From contig NC_043001.1 of NCBI RefSeq assembly GCF_006345805.1, forward strand, positions 1,488,001 through 1,552,000: a stretch of DNA of 64,000 nt, written 5' to 3'. The position numbers and the translations under genes are program-made. The stretch's first letter is position 1. Each line of letters opens with the position of its first letter. This DNA is from Octopus sinensis. Lineage: Eukaryota. The notes under the pieces are model-generated. The model made no database searches. It worked only from the letters and a program-made list of their open reading frames with translations, and was not told where the DNA came from. This document shows positions 49,743 to 62,671 of this stretch, one piece after another.

Positions 49743-51474
49743 AACAACAAACAAAATGAGGACAAAAATCCGTCAAATGTAAGTAATGTAAATAATGTAA
49801 ATAATGTAATAAATGTAAAATAATGTTCATAATTCCTCATCTCTTAAATATAGAACTGTAGATACAATCTGTCTGATGAGCTTTCAAACTGTTTCCATTT
49901 TCATCTGTGGTTAGATTGGAAATGAGAGACTTGCTTAAGATGCTACTATGTGAGATCAAACCTTGAGGTGACATAGTTATGTTTAAACACTTTTCATTTG
50001 TTTTACATCCATTTGTTTGAGTTTGCATGAGTTTGAGGAATATCTCAAAGTATTGTTTTACAAATAGATAACCTTTCTGGTACAAACCATTTCCTGTATT
50101 TTCAAGTCAGGGATTTTAATTCTCAGTTCCACATGGCATCATAGAGTAAAGTGAATGGACAATTTGTTGGTTGGAGGAAATAACTTCTTCACTTTCAAAC
50201 AAGTAGTTGCCCATGAAAACAAACACACAGGCACACATTAAACCATATACATACATATACGAGTGTTTGTGTGTACACACACACACGTGCACACGCACAC
50301 GTACACATGAATAGTCTTCCTTCAGTTCCTTTCCGTCAAATCCACTCACAAGGTTTCTGGTTGTCCCAGGGTTATAATAGAAAACACTTGCCCAAGACAC
50401 TGCTCAGTTTGACTGAAATATGTATGTCGTAGACATTCGGACACACGTGTAAGTGTGCTTCTACATGTAAGTGCCTGACAAATCTGCTGTTGTTCCTTCC
50501 ATTTCCAGAAATATTTGAATAAATCAATGAATGATAATAAAATAAGTCATGAGATACCATAATCAATTGTTTTCTCTTTTAATTCAGTTAAACGGACAAT
50601 AAGGCAACCATTCCTCACCGGTTGTTTATTTGAAGGCCTACCTCAGGCCTTTGCCATTACTCGCATTCTTTATTGACCCTAATTCAATAACAGATGCAAT
50701 CAATCTAAACATTTGAACCCTGAAAGCTCAACCTTGATATTTGTTACTCCTAAACTATGCCTGCCTGCTAACAACATGTTCTATCATAAAGTGAACCGTT
50801 CTTAATAAAGATTCGGCACTATTCTAGCTTCCCATTAAATTCGTTGGTAAGTAGGTGTCAGTTTACTGTTTGATGGTGTAACAATTGAGTAGCTGTTTAA
50901 GGTCTTTGGAACATAAAGTGAAATGTAGCAGAATGTTAAAGAAATGATTAAAACTTGGAAACAACATCGATAACAACTGATAATGAAGTTGAGGAAATGA
51001 TAACAAAACTTCTTTACACCTCAACTATAAATTATACATACCATATCATACACACTCCTGTACAAAGATATATATATATATATATACATATATATACACA
51101 CATTCATACTTAAATATATATTATCATCAATTTAATATCCACTTTTCCATGGCTGCATGGAACAAATGCAATTCATTGTGACGGAATTTCTATAGCCGAA
51201 TGCCTGTCATCAAGTTTTCAAGTCTCACCGGTTCACAAATAAAGTGACAATTTCCCATTGCCAGACATGTTGAAATGGGGGAGTGGAAATCAGAGACACC
51301 GCTTGGAAGACGGTGCTGCTTGTTTACAACAAGCAGATGATATCAGACGAGGATGGCAACAACAGGCACACACGCACACAACAAGGTGTGTGTGTGTGTG
51401 CATGTATGTATGTGTGACTGATTGTGTTTGTATGTGTGTGATTGAATGTGTTTGTATGTGTGTGAATGTGTGCG

Positions 51475-51507
<33 letters not shown>

Positions 51508-52069
51508 ATGTGTGTGTGTGTATCATATAATTTTGCATCATTTAACACATCATAAATGGTCAATGCATGTTATTCGAACATTCTTCCATAGCTATAAATC
51601 TAATTCAATTGTCACATGGTTTATATATCACAACTTTGTTTTTTTTTTCTTTAATGAGTGCTGTTGTGAAGTAGTGCTGTGATGTATGTTACGTGTTATA
51701 CCTGCTACCACACCTGTCTGTAGATACAACTATATATTGGTGTCTGTGTATCTGTGTAATTATGATAAAAGTGTTTATCAGGATGATGTTGGTGATGAAG
51801 CAGACAAAGAGAAGGAAGTGCTCTTTTAAAGGTGTGAAGTCTTGGAATTACAGACATAAGCAATGCATAAATTACAAACTTAGCAACATGGAAGCAAGTT
51901 ATGACCATTATTGTTACAGCACCAACACCAACAATACATCCACAAAGATTCTTAATTTACACACACACACACCCACGCTCATGCATATGCGTTTATGTGT
52001 GTGTGTGTGTGTATATATATATATACTCACAGATGATGTTACACATAATTCATAAACATATATAAACAT

Positions 52070-52091
52070 ATATATGCACATATATAAGCAC

Positions 52092-52136
<45 letters not shown>

Positions 52137-52463
52137 TGTATGTATGTATATATGTACATTCATACATACACACATGCATATATATCACCATCATCATCAT
52201 CATTTAATGTCTGCTGTCCATGCTGGCATGGGTTGCACGCTTTCACTCGGCTGCCATACTGGAAAGCTGTGCCAGGATCCAGTATACGTTTTTACTTGTT
52301 TCAGCCATGTAGCTATGGTCATGCTGGAGCACCACCATAAAAAATATTTAATTAAATTTAAACTCAAAACATAAAGACAAACAAAATACCGCTAAGCATT
52401 TCACCCAGGACGCTAATGTTTCTGCTAGCTTATCTATCTATCTATATAATATATAAATACATA

Positions 52464-52508
<45 letters not shown>

Positions 52509-52690
52509 ACATAAATACATACATACATAAATACATAAATACATACATAAATAGATACATATATACATAAATACATACATATATACACATACATATATAC
52601 ACACATATATATACACACTCATATATATACACACATACTCACACACACATATATATATATACACACATACTCATACACACACACATCTAT
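52070..52690. repeat. (AT)/(ATAC)/(AC) microsatellite region with short SINE fragments
   Basis: Direct reading; CATGCTGGCATGGGTTG and CATGCTGGAGCACC fragments at 52195-52340. Confidence 0.85.
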
Positions 52691-52697
52691 AGGAGTA

Positions 52698-52870
52698 TTC
52701 TTTAACAAAATAACATTGACAGTGACTTTGAAGTTTTGCCCAGCTAAGCCATCCTCAGTCTCAACAGAGACTCTACAAAGCCAAGATTAAGTGAGGGCAT
52801 GAAAGTCTAAAGATGCTTTAGTTCGCTGGAACTTTGAAGTCACTATTAATGTTCATCGAGATAAAGAATA
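52698..52870. mobile_element. MITE with ~40-bp imperfect TIRs; partial copy at ~43220-43280
   Basis: ATTCTTTAACAAAATAACATTGACAGTGACTTTGAAGTT versus the reverse complement of AACTTTGAAGTCACTATTAATGTTCATCGAGATAAAGAAT. Confidence 0.6.
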
Positions 52871-53699
52871 ATAAATTTGTACTCTACAAACGCATGGAAG
52901 TAACCTTTCAGATTAATGTAAAATGGTTTTTATTATGACTGAACGTAAAAACCAACATTTATATATATGTGTATGTGTGTTTATTTTATATTTGGGAAGG
53001 CTTGTCATACCTGTTACAATACAAACCATTCATGCATGTCCACCTTTCCGTAGCTAGTTCTTCAGCCCTCTGCTCATTTGTTTCCCTGGGCTAAAACCAG
53101 CTGGAGCCCTTCCCACCTCTTTCATCTGATGCCCTCCACACTACTCCTTGGCTTCGCTCTTTCTTACTCTCCTCTCCACGCACATGTTTTGATGCTGGAG
53201 AAGTCTTGGTGGAATTCAAGAGCAAGGTATTTATTATGTGACCCCACCCCCACCCATTGCAGAGCAGAAATATTTCAATCGCTTCTTTATAATCATTTCA
53301 GTAAGGGGGGGGGTGTATGTGCAGAAGAGCTGGAAGAGTTGTTAGTATGTTTTAGAAAGGCTTGTTGTATTTCTTCCAGCCCTTTATGTTTCGAGTTCAA
53401 GACCTAGCAAGAACAACTTTGCCTGTGGTCAATAATATAATGTAGCACTCAAGTATTAGTGTCAGTGATATTCACTAAGCCTGCTCCTTAAAATTGCCGG
53501 CCTTGTGCCTCCATCAAATCTATTAATCCCTCTTCAGTAAGGGATGGATGTCAAAGACCTTTGTTATATCTCTCTCCCAAAGATATTCCCTGCAAACATG
53601 ACAAACACAATTTAAACACTTCTGCCTTGCTTCCCTCTTTCAAAGGTTACAAACCCCTTACTGTGAAGACATGTGAGTGAGTAGTTACAATGTTGGAGT

Positions 53700-54950
53700 C
53701 ATGCTTGTGAGGTTAGGTTTTCTATTCTCTGACCAGGCATCATGTTGTGTTCTAGAGTAGAAAGTATCATTTCATATTGCTTCTGTCCAGACAGCTGTAA
53801 ATGTGTACTAACAACAGCTGAGATTGAACCCTGCAATGGACTGGTTACTCTTCAAGGATTGGTGGAGGAGTATCAAACCTCTGGTTGTTTGTTTGTTATG
53901 AAAACCAAGATAATTTCTGGCCTCAGAACTCTTCAGGTTCATCACAGAACTAAAAGTGAACTGGAGTTGTACTGCCAAGAAGCATAAACTCAAAGACATT
54001 TTCCAAACCAAAGCCATCCACTCAAGATGGTTATTTACCATGTAACAGTACCTTGACCTTCATATCAAGTATTTTCATTTCCAATTCTTACCTCATCTAA
54101 ATGTTTATGGAATATTTTCAATTTGTCAAAAATCATGCGAACTGGAGAGGTCCTCAGTGAATTCTGGATTTCAGAATTTTTATCTAAGTTTTGGAGTTCT
54201 CATTACAAATTCCAGGATAATGTTGAAGAGGATGGTGGATAGCAGGCAACCTTGCCTCACACCCATGCACACTTCAAACCAATTCATTGACAGATCATCT
54301 ATTATCACGGCACAGATATGCATTTATTGTATAGAGCTTCTATTCTTTCCACTATCTTTGGATCTACACCTATTACTGACATCATCCATTGGGTTTTCCA
54401 GCAGAATGTGTTGACGGCAGCATTAAGGATGATGAAGCTGAAGTGTAATGCTATTTTGCTTTTCCAATTATCTGTCCGTCTATAAAAATGACATAAACTA
54501 TGCTTCCATGAACTCTAAAACCAAATCGACTCTCTCTCATTGTTTCTTCATTCCATTCTGTCGAGAAGAATTTCACTGAACACTTTTCCTGTATTTATGA
54601 GAAAAATTGCCCTGTAGTTTTTGGATTTTTGCTTGTCATCCTTAATATATACAGATATATATTACAGCTACAAGCATATGAATTCAGCCTTTAGAGTTTC
54701 TCTTTTTTCTATTTTCCATTCTATGTTGAATATTAAATGTAACATATTCACCATCTGCTCCCCTTCTACTTTTGGTGTTTCAACACTGATGGCATCTAGA
54801 ACGAACAACATTTTTATCAATTTAGAATATTTTCTTTCTTTTGCGATTTCTCCCCAAACATCCACATTAGATGGATCATCAGGGATTCCTGATATGACTC
54901 CCAGATTGTGTGGGAAGAAGTTAGTGTTAAGTTGTTATTAAAAATTATCT
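53700..54950 (-). pseudogene. Decayed RTE-like LINE RT region
   Basis: Minus frames NWFEVCMGVRQGCLLSTILFNIILE, GKVFSEILLDRM, and DAISVETPKVEGEQMVNMLHLIFNIEWK. Confidence 0.75.
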
Positions 54951-55026
54951 TTCTACCATTGAAGTACCACAGCTGTGTTTGTAACTGTTACTAACTTTAT
55001 CGTTTATCACATTCTGTGTTTTCCTG

Positions 55027-55057
<31 letters not shown>

Positions 55058-55171
55058 ACACATGCACATACACGCACACATATTTATTTATGAAATGCAT
55101 ATATGTATTTCGACATGTATAGATACATATATGTGCATTTATGTGGCTATAGTTTTTATATATATATATGT

Positions 55172-56707
55172 CGTGGCCCCTACCTGGGACGTAGTCGATC
55201 CACCTGTGCATACCTTCCTTCTTGTGACACTTGTGAAGACCTGCTGAGGCAAGTGAAAATCAATCAAAATAGATGAACATTAATGGAATTTGTATCTTTG
55301 TGGTACCAGTGCCTGTGGCACACAAGAAAACCATCCGAACGTGGCCGTAGCCAGTACCGCGTCGACTCGCCTCCGTGATGTGGGAACATGGTGGCACATA
55401 AAAACACCATCCGAAGACCCGGCAAGACTAGTCAGGTCATAACCCGTGGGCCCTACCTGGGACGTAGTCAGTCCACCTGTACATACCTTCCTTCTTGCGA
55501 CACTTGTGAAGACCTGTTGAGGCAAGTGAAAATCAAAACAAATCAAAATAGATGAACATCAATGGAATTTGTATCTTTGTGGTACCAGTGCCGGTGTCAC
55601 ACAAGAAAACCATCCGAACGTGGCCGTAGCCAGTACCGCATCGACTGGCCTCCGTGCTGTGGGCACATGACAAACACCATCCGATCGTGGCCGTTCGCCA
55701 GCCTCATCTAGCACCTGTGTCGGTGGCACATAAAAACACCATCCGAAGACCCGGCAAGACTAGTCAGGCCATAACCCATGGCCCCTACCTGGGACGTAGT
55801 CAGTCCACCTGTGCATACCTTCCTTCTTGTGACACTTGTGAAGACCTGTTAAGGCAAGTGAAAATCAAAATCAAAATCAAAACAAATCAAAATAGATGAA
55901 CATCAATGGAATCTGTATCTTTGTGGTACCAGTGCCGGTGGCACACACTTTGTGGTACCAGTGCCGGTGGCACACAAGAGAACCATCCGAACGTGGCCGT
56001 AGCCAGTTCCGCATCGACCGGCCTCCGTGCTGTGGGCACGTAACAAACACCATCCGATCATGGCCGTTCGCCAGCCTCATCTGGCACCTGTGTCGGTGGC
56101 ACATAAAAACACCTTCCGAAGACCCGGCAAGACTAGTCAGTCCACCTGTGCATACCTTCCTCTTGTGACACCTGTGAAGACCGGTTGAGGCAAGTGAAAA
56201 TCAAATCAAATCAAATCAAAATAGACAAATAGATGAACATCAATGGAATTTGTATCTTGTGGTACCAGTGCCTGTGGCACACAAGAAATCCATCAGTGCT
56301 GTAGTCAGTGCGGTGGGCACATGACAAGGCACACAAGAAAACCATCCGAACGTGGCCGTAGCCAGTACCGCATCGACTGGCCTCCGTGCTGTGGGCACGT
56401 AACAAGCACCATCCGATCGTGGCCGTTTTGCCAGCCTCATCTGGCACCTGTGTCGGTGGCACATAAAAACACCATCCGAGCGTGGCCGTCTGCCAGCCTC
56501 GTCTGGCACCTGTGTCGGTGGCACATAAAATCACCCACTACACTCTCGGAGTGGTTGGCGTTAGGAAGGGCATCCAGCTGTAGAAACACTGCCAGATCTG
56601 ACTGGACTGGTGCAGCTTTCGGGCTCCCCAGACCCCAGTTGAACCGTCCAACCCATGCTAGCATGGAAAGCGGACGTTAAATGATGATGATGATGATGAT
56701 GATGATG
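55172..56707 (+). repeat. Tandem multimer (4 units, ~273/332/337 bp spacing) of an RTE 3'UTR ending in the standard tail and (GAT)n
   Basis: Anchor CCACCTGT at 55200, 55473, 55805 and 56142; the unit is homologous to 26540-26880. Confidence 0.9.
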
Positions 56708-56756
56708 TATATTATATATATATGTGTGTGTGCATGAGTTTATGAATGTGGCTGTA

Positions 56757-56792
<36 letters not shown>

Positions 56793-57009
56793 TCAAAGTG
56801 TACAATATTATATATCCATTATGGCTGATCTTACCGATTAGTTTCACACCAGGAGCTCAATGGAATGTCAGGTAACAGCTTGATTATGTAACTCTGCACT
56901 CTTCAGTGATGGCAATTATGGAATGAAATATGCACACACTCTGCAAAACAGAGAAGTCATCTCACAACCATTTTTCTCCCAAGACTTCCAGAAGGAAGAG
57001 TCATGTTGA

Positions 57010-57380
57010 AATATCAGGTAAAAAGGCAAACCATCAGGAGCATCATTTTGGCATTAAAAACAAATTAAAAGCATTCTGGCATTAAAAGTTACAGAAACAC
57101 CAGAACTAAGTGTCAGTACATAGTGCCAAAGATGTCAACATCACCATCAAGAGACAAGACAGATGCTGCAACAGCTTGGGTTTCAAGGGCCCACAGCTCT
57201 TCAATATCCTTCAAGGAAGCCTGAGAGACTTACTTTGGGTGGATGTAGGTGTCTTCAAAATAAACTGAATCTCTTTCTATCAAAGGTTTCAGATGAACTT
57301 ACCCCCATGGCAAGGAGTACAAATGAGGGTAGCAACATCAAACTTACTCATTTACCAAATTCCACATTTCAGAAGAGGCT
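57010..57380 (+). pseudogene. Decayed CR1 LINE 3' end (different subfamily)
   Basis: RCCNSLGFKGPQLFNIL...DVGVFK..LNLFLSKVSDE...QMRVATSN, typical of a CR1 C-terminus. Confidence 0.7.
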
Positions 57381-58194
57381 TCAAGTTATGAAAATGTAAC
57401 AAAATCCATGGCTGTGTTCCAACATGAATGTCTGTCTTCAATGTTGCCATGAGTCAGATGGTTTGACAGGATCCACAGAGCCAGAGGACTGCACATCAAT
57501 CTCTACTCTCTACTTGGTCCTGGTTTCTATGGTTACAAGTGTGGGAGTGCTAACAGTTTACCTGATACAATCCTTAGAGTTTAATGATATTTCTTCTGGC
57601 TCGAAACATGACCAATTTCACTCACAACTCCATGCTTCAACCCAAGATGATTGTAAAGAAAATTGTCCAAGATGCTAATAAGTGGAATCCAATCTTCAAG
57701 AGATTTAATTGAGTTTAAGCATTGAATAACATGTAGTATTGGCTATGGAAAATAACACTTGCCCAAGGAGCCACACACTAGAATTGAAACTGGGGGTTCA
57801 TGATTGCACAGTAATCTTCTTTAACAGTTGGTTACAGTTCATTACTAATGTGTGTGTATGTGTGCATGTGGGTGTGTCTATACATATTAAACTCGGCTCA
57901 TTTACCTGATTTCTGTTGGTGCATTGCATATTTTCAGTGAGACTGATGGTTAAGTTGAGGGCTTTTCCTTCCACTTTCTAGCAAGCTGGAGCTTCGTGTA
58001 CCCTCTAATATAATTATGAATTTATTGTATAGCAGTTTAATGCTAATATCGCTTGCTGCTGCTACTAATGTTATTGTTGTTATTATCAATTATTTAGATT
58101 TGCTGCTGCTGATAATAATAATAACAATAATAATAATAATAATAATAATATCTTTATGAGTATTCATTTGAATATTTACTCACTTTTATATGAA

Positions 58195-58515
58195 GGAGCA
58201 CTCTGTCAGTTATCACGGTGAGGGTTCCAGCTGATATGATCAACAAAACAGCTTGCTCATAAAATTAACATGCAAGTGGCTGAGGATTCCATAGATACGT
58301 GTACCCTTAACGCAGTTCTCAGGGAGATTCACCATGACACAGAGTGTGACAAAGCTGGTCCTCTGAAATACAGGTACAACTCATTTTTGCTGGCTGAGTT
58401 GACTGGAGCAATGTGAAATAAAGTGTCTTGCTCAAGGAGACAACGCATCACCAGGAATTGAACTCATGACCTTACGATCGTGAGCCAAATGCCTTAACCA
58501 CTAGGCCATGCACTT
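58195..58515 (-). mobile_element. tRNA-derived SINE family D, best-preserved copy
   Basis: Minus head GCATGGCCTAGTGGTTAAGGCATTTGGCTCACGATCGTAAGGTCATGAGTTCAATTCCTGG with A- and B-boxes. Confidence 0.9.
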
Positions 58516-58520
58516 TTGCC

Positions 58521-58551
<31 letters not shown>

Positions 58552-58668
58552 GCATGTAAATTTAAATGATAAGGGTAAAAATTGAATATTAATTTGATTA
58601 ATATCAATTTAAAACCAGTGGTCTAACATAGAGAAAAATTTGAAGAATTGGAAAAATTATTTTACATA

Positions 58669-58891
58669 CATATAAGGAGGATGACCACTGAGTGGACAAC
58701 CATTATGCTAGAAGTAGACCCCCTATGGTCTTACCACTAAGAAAGGATTGTTCTCAAGAAAATTTAGCAAATGCTTACGTTATAGCGTTTGCTATATTTT
58801 CTTGAGAACAATCCTTTCTTAGTAGTAAAGACCATACGGGGTCTACTTCTAGCATAATGGATGTCCACTTAGTGGTCATCCCTCTTATATG
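58669..58891. mobile_element. Fully palindromic MITE (~220 bp) in TA-rich context
   Basis: Arms CATATAAG...GGATGACCACT...TTCTCAAGAAAAT.TAGCAAA are reverse complements around a centre at ~58780. Confidence 0.85.
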
Positions 58892-59030
58892 TGTGTGTAT
58901 GTATAGAGAGATATAGATAGATATACATACATGTATATATATATAGATAGAGAGACATACATATACTTATATATATATACTTATAGAGACTTAGTAATTT
59001 TAATATTTCTATTATATTTATATATATATA

Positions 59031-59540
59031 CTAGCAGTATCGCCCGGCGTTGCTCGGGTTTGTAAGGGAAATAACTATATAAGCATTTTTAGAGAGTTAC
59101 TTCCCTTATAGATGCCAATTTGGGCTTTCTTAGCCATTTCTGTTTTGGTGTCTTCAAGCCATGAAGTCGTTGGTCTCCTTGACAACGCTTTACGACGTTG
59201 ATTTCCTTACACTCCCTTCCCCACAGCTTCACGAGGGAGGGAAGAAGGGGGAGAAGCAAACAGGTGCAGGTGTGACCATGGACGCCAACTCCGCCGCCAT
59301 CGACACACGAAAAATGATGCATTAAAATGGAATAAAAAATGATGTTAAATTATTTTTAAAATCGTAGACTTATCGTAGACGCGCGCTAATAGCCAGACGG
59401 GCTCGATATTAATCACGACTATAAGATACCCGAATTTGGTTAAACTGCACCGCAAAATGTGGGAGTAGTTAGGAATCTAAATCGAAGGGGACAGACACTC
59501 ACACAACTACAGTTTTATATATATATATATATATATATGA
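59031..59540 (-). mobile_element. Non-autonomous Helitron-like element
   Basis: Minus 3' end: hairpin CCCGAGCAACGCCGGG (59058-59043), 8 nt, then CTAG|T; 5' end TC(AT)nAAAA; CpG-rich interior suggests a young copy. Confidence 0.7.
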
Positions 59541-59889
59541 GAGGTATTGTTATCCAGAAGACCCAAGGTGGCAGGTAACGCTATGTAAGTGGAAGGACCA
59601 TAGTTAAACTCACAGTTCGATAATGATATGAGTGAGGAGTCTAAGGCAGGTTGTGTGTGAGTATGTACATGTTGAATATAATGAGACAACAAAGCCAAGG
59701 GTGTGTGCAATTTTCAGGACATTTATAAAGAGAAAGTCAGTCTTACACCTGTTTCTATATTTTATTCAACATGTATGTATATGTGTATATATATATATAT
59801 ATATGCATATACATTACATATATATATCGACACACACGTGCTATAAATACATACATTTATGTATATAGATACATATATACATATCAATG

Positions 59890-62671
59890 GACATGCATCA
59901 TTCGTGCTGATCGTGTTGGCAGAAGAAAGGGTGGGACTGCCATTTATGTCCATGATTCATTCTCAACAGAAGCCACGAACATATTTTCGAATGGATACTG
60001 CGATGCAGTCGCTGTATTCAGTCAAACCAACAACTTAACAGTAGTTGGGCTCTACAGACCACCCCAAACGCCCCTACCATGCTTCAAGGAATGCCTCAAC
60101 AGCATAAAGTGTTTCATTCAGCAGTGTCAACCTGACAACATTTTAATGATGGGAGATTTCAACCTTCCCAGGGTTGACTGGTCTACAAACAGTCTGCCGC
60201 CAGGTTCTTCTCTCTCAACCCCTGACAGGGAGGCAGTGGAATCGCTTCTTGACTTCATGGATGACTTCTTCTTGTCCCAACTGGTACTCGAACCAACGAG
60301 ATGTCACAAAAACGTCTTAGACTTAATTTTCAGCAATCACACTGATACTATCCACAATATTGCAGTGGAGAAAACCCTACTCTCCGACCATGACATGGTT
60401 CTCTGTGATCTGAGATTTCACTGGCCAAAATGCAAAACAAATGTCATTCCTCCTGTTCATCCATTTGACACTATGGATTTCCACAATGCAAACTGGGAAG
60501 CGATCAATAATGATCTTGCACAAGTCGATTGGTCCTTCACGCACACATACACACCCACTAACATCAAAAAGTCCTGGCAGTCACTTGTAGACACCATCAC
60601 GAACATATGTGCAAGACACACCCCATTAAGATCTGCAAACAAATCTAAGTGTCGAATCCCTAGAAATAGAAAATCTCTCATAAGGAAAATTAAAAGAATC
60701 AACAAAAAGATCAACATGCTGAAATACTGTCAACAGCAACACACCAACCTGACTGCCATCTCGTCGCTAGAGATTAAAAAACATAAACTCCAAAACAACA
60801 TGATGTCTATCATCAATAGTCAGCGAAGAGCTGAAGAGGCCTGGGCCATTGAGAAGATCAAACTCAATCCCAAAGTGTTCTTTTCATTTGAAAAAAAACA
60901 CAGAGTCACTGGTTCTACTGTTGGCCCTCTGATTGATGAAAATGGTACTCTTCAAGACAATGCCAAAACCATGGGAGAAATATTGCAGAAACAATATTGC
61001 TCTGTTTTCAGCAATCCTGATATGACTGATCTGGGCTGTATCAGTGATGTTACTCCCCAATACACTTTATCGGACATAACATTTGGCGCTCCTGATGTCT
61101 TAGCAGCAATAAAGGAAATGAAGCATAATTCAGCAGTAGGTCCCGATAGGTTCCCTGCTTGTGTCTTGAAGATGTGTCAAAACCAACTTGCACCCCCTCT
61201 AGCCAATCTGTGGCGGAACTCACTGGATGCTGGATATATACCAGAAGACCTTCTATCCCAGTCTGTTGTCCCAGTTTTCAAAAAAGGAAACAAATCGCTT
61301 GCCGTGAATTACCGTCCAATCTCACTCACCTCTCATATCATCAAGGTATTTGAGAGGGTGCTGAGATCGCGTATGACTCACTTCCTTGAGAGTCATAATA
61401 TGCTGAACCCCAACCAGCATGGATTCCGTAATGGGAGAGATTGCCTGACGCAGCTACTGCATCATTTTGATGACATTTTGAGAGCCTTGGGAGAGGGTTC
61501 CAACACTGATGTCATCTACCTTGATTTCAGCAAGGCCTTTGACAGGGTTGATCATAAGATCCTTCTGAGAAAGCTGTCCAATATTGGTGTCACTGGAAAG
61601 CTGCTGCAATGGATCAAGTGCTTCCTCTCTAACAGAACCCAACATGTTGTAGTCGGGGGAGTCAAATCCAGCCCAGCCAAAGTCAGCAGTGGTGTCCCAC
61701 AAGGCACTGTGTTGGGCCCACTTCTCTTCATCATCTACATAAATGATATTACTGACACCATCAAACACAGCAACATCAGAACCTTCGCTGATGATTCCAA
61801 GCTCCAGAAGGTCATCAATGGCGTGGATGACCGAATAAACCTTCAGTCAGACCTACTGGCTGTTGTCCAATGGGCGGAAAAGAATAACATGTTGCTAAAT
61901 GAAGACAAATTCGAACTGATCCACTTTGGAAGGGAGGACGCTCTGAAACTCCCATACTCTCTTCCTTCTGGAGAAATTCTCATGGCATCCAACAACATCA
62001 GAGACCTGGGAGTAACAGTGGACAACAACATAAGCTGGGCTACACATATAAGCAGCAAAGTTGACATGGCCCGCAGAATGTGTTCCTGGATTCTCAGAAC
62101 CTTCCAGTCGAGAGATTCCCACGCTATTATCCTTCTCTTCTCCACTTTTGCCCGACCCCACCTTGAATACTGCTGTCCACTGTGGTCTCCCTACACAAAA
62201 CAAAATATTATGAGAATTGAAGCTCCCCAAAGGTCAATCACAAAAAAGATAGATGGCATGTCAGACCTTGACTACTGGGGTAGACTAGAGAAGCTGAAAT
62301 TGTATTCACTCCAACGATGCCGTGAACGCTACATTATCTGTATGATGTGGAAAATATTCCATCAGCACTGTCCGAATGATGTTGGCATCACCTTCAAAAT
62401 GCATCCAAGGCTTGGACCACGTGCCATCCGTCCACAACAAAAATCTAAATCGCATCACATAACGACAATACGGCACAACTATTTCACCTCATTTGGACCT
62501 GCTCTCTTCAACATTACACCAGGACACGTCAAAAAAGAAACTGACCACACAAAATTCAAGAAGTCTTTGGACAAATTCCTTCAAACAGTACCGGACAAAC
62601 CACCCACACCTGGATATGTCTCCGCAAACAATAACTCTCTGCTCGAATGGGCCTTGGTGCCCAAATCCTGA
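59890..62671 (+). CDS. CR1-clade LINE ORF2 (APE endonuclease lacking its N-terminus plus complete RT), uninterrupted
   Basis: RADRVGRRKGGTAIYV, LYRPP, MGDFNLP, LDLIFS, SDHDMV (APE); YRPISLTSHIIKVFE, QHGFR, YLDFSKAFDRVDH, SGVPQGTVLGPLLF, FADDSKL (RT). The ORF-track start at 59771 lies in microsatellite. Confidence 0.95.

Larger units (their letters stand above)
49270..49859. mobile_element. Palindromic element: two head-to-head tRNA-like heads, each followed by (AAT)n and a hammerhead; 10-bp TSD
   Basis: Arms ~49270-49525 and ~49540-49800 are reverse complements; flanked by AGATACAATC at 49260-49269 and 49860-49869. Confidence 0.9.

Noticed and set aside
55172-56530. Repeat array resembling a CRISPR or a coding repeat
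   Set aside because: Units are hundreds of bp, are homologous to the RTE 3'UTR at 26.5-26.9 kb, lack unique spacers, and no cas genes are present in this eukaryotic DNA.
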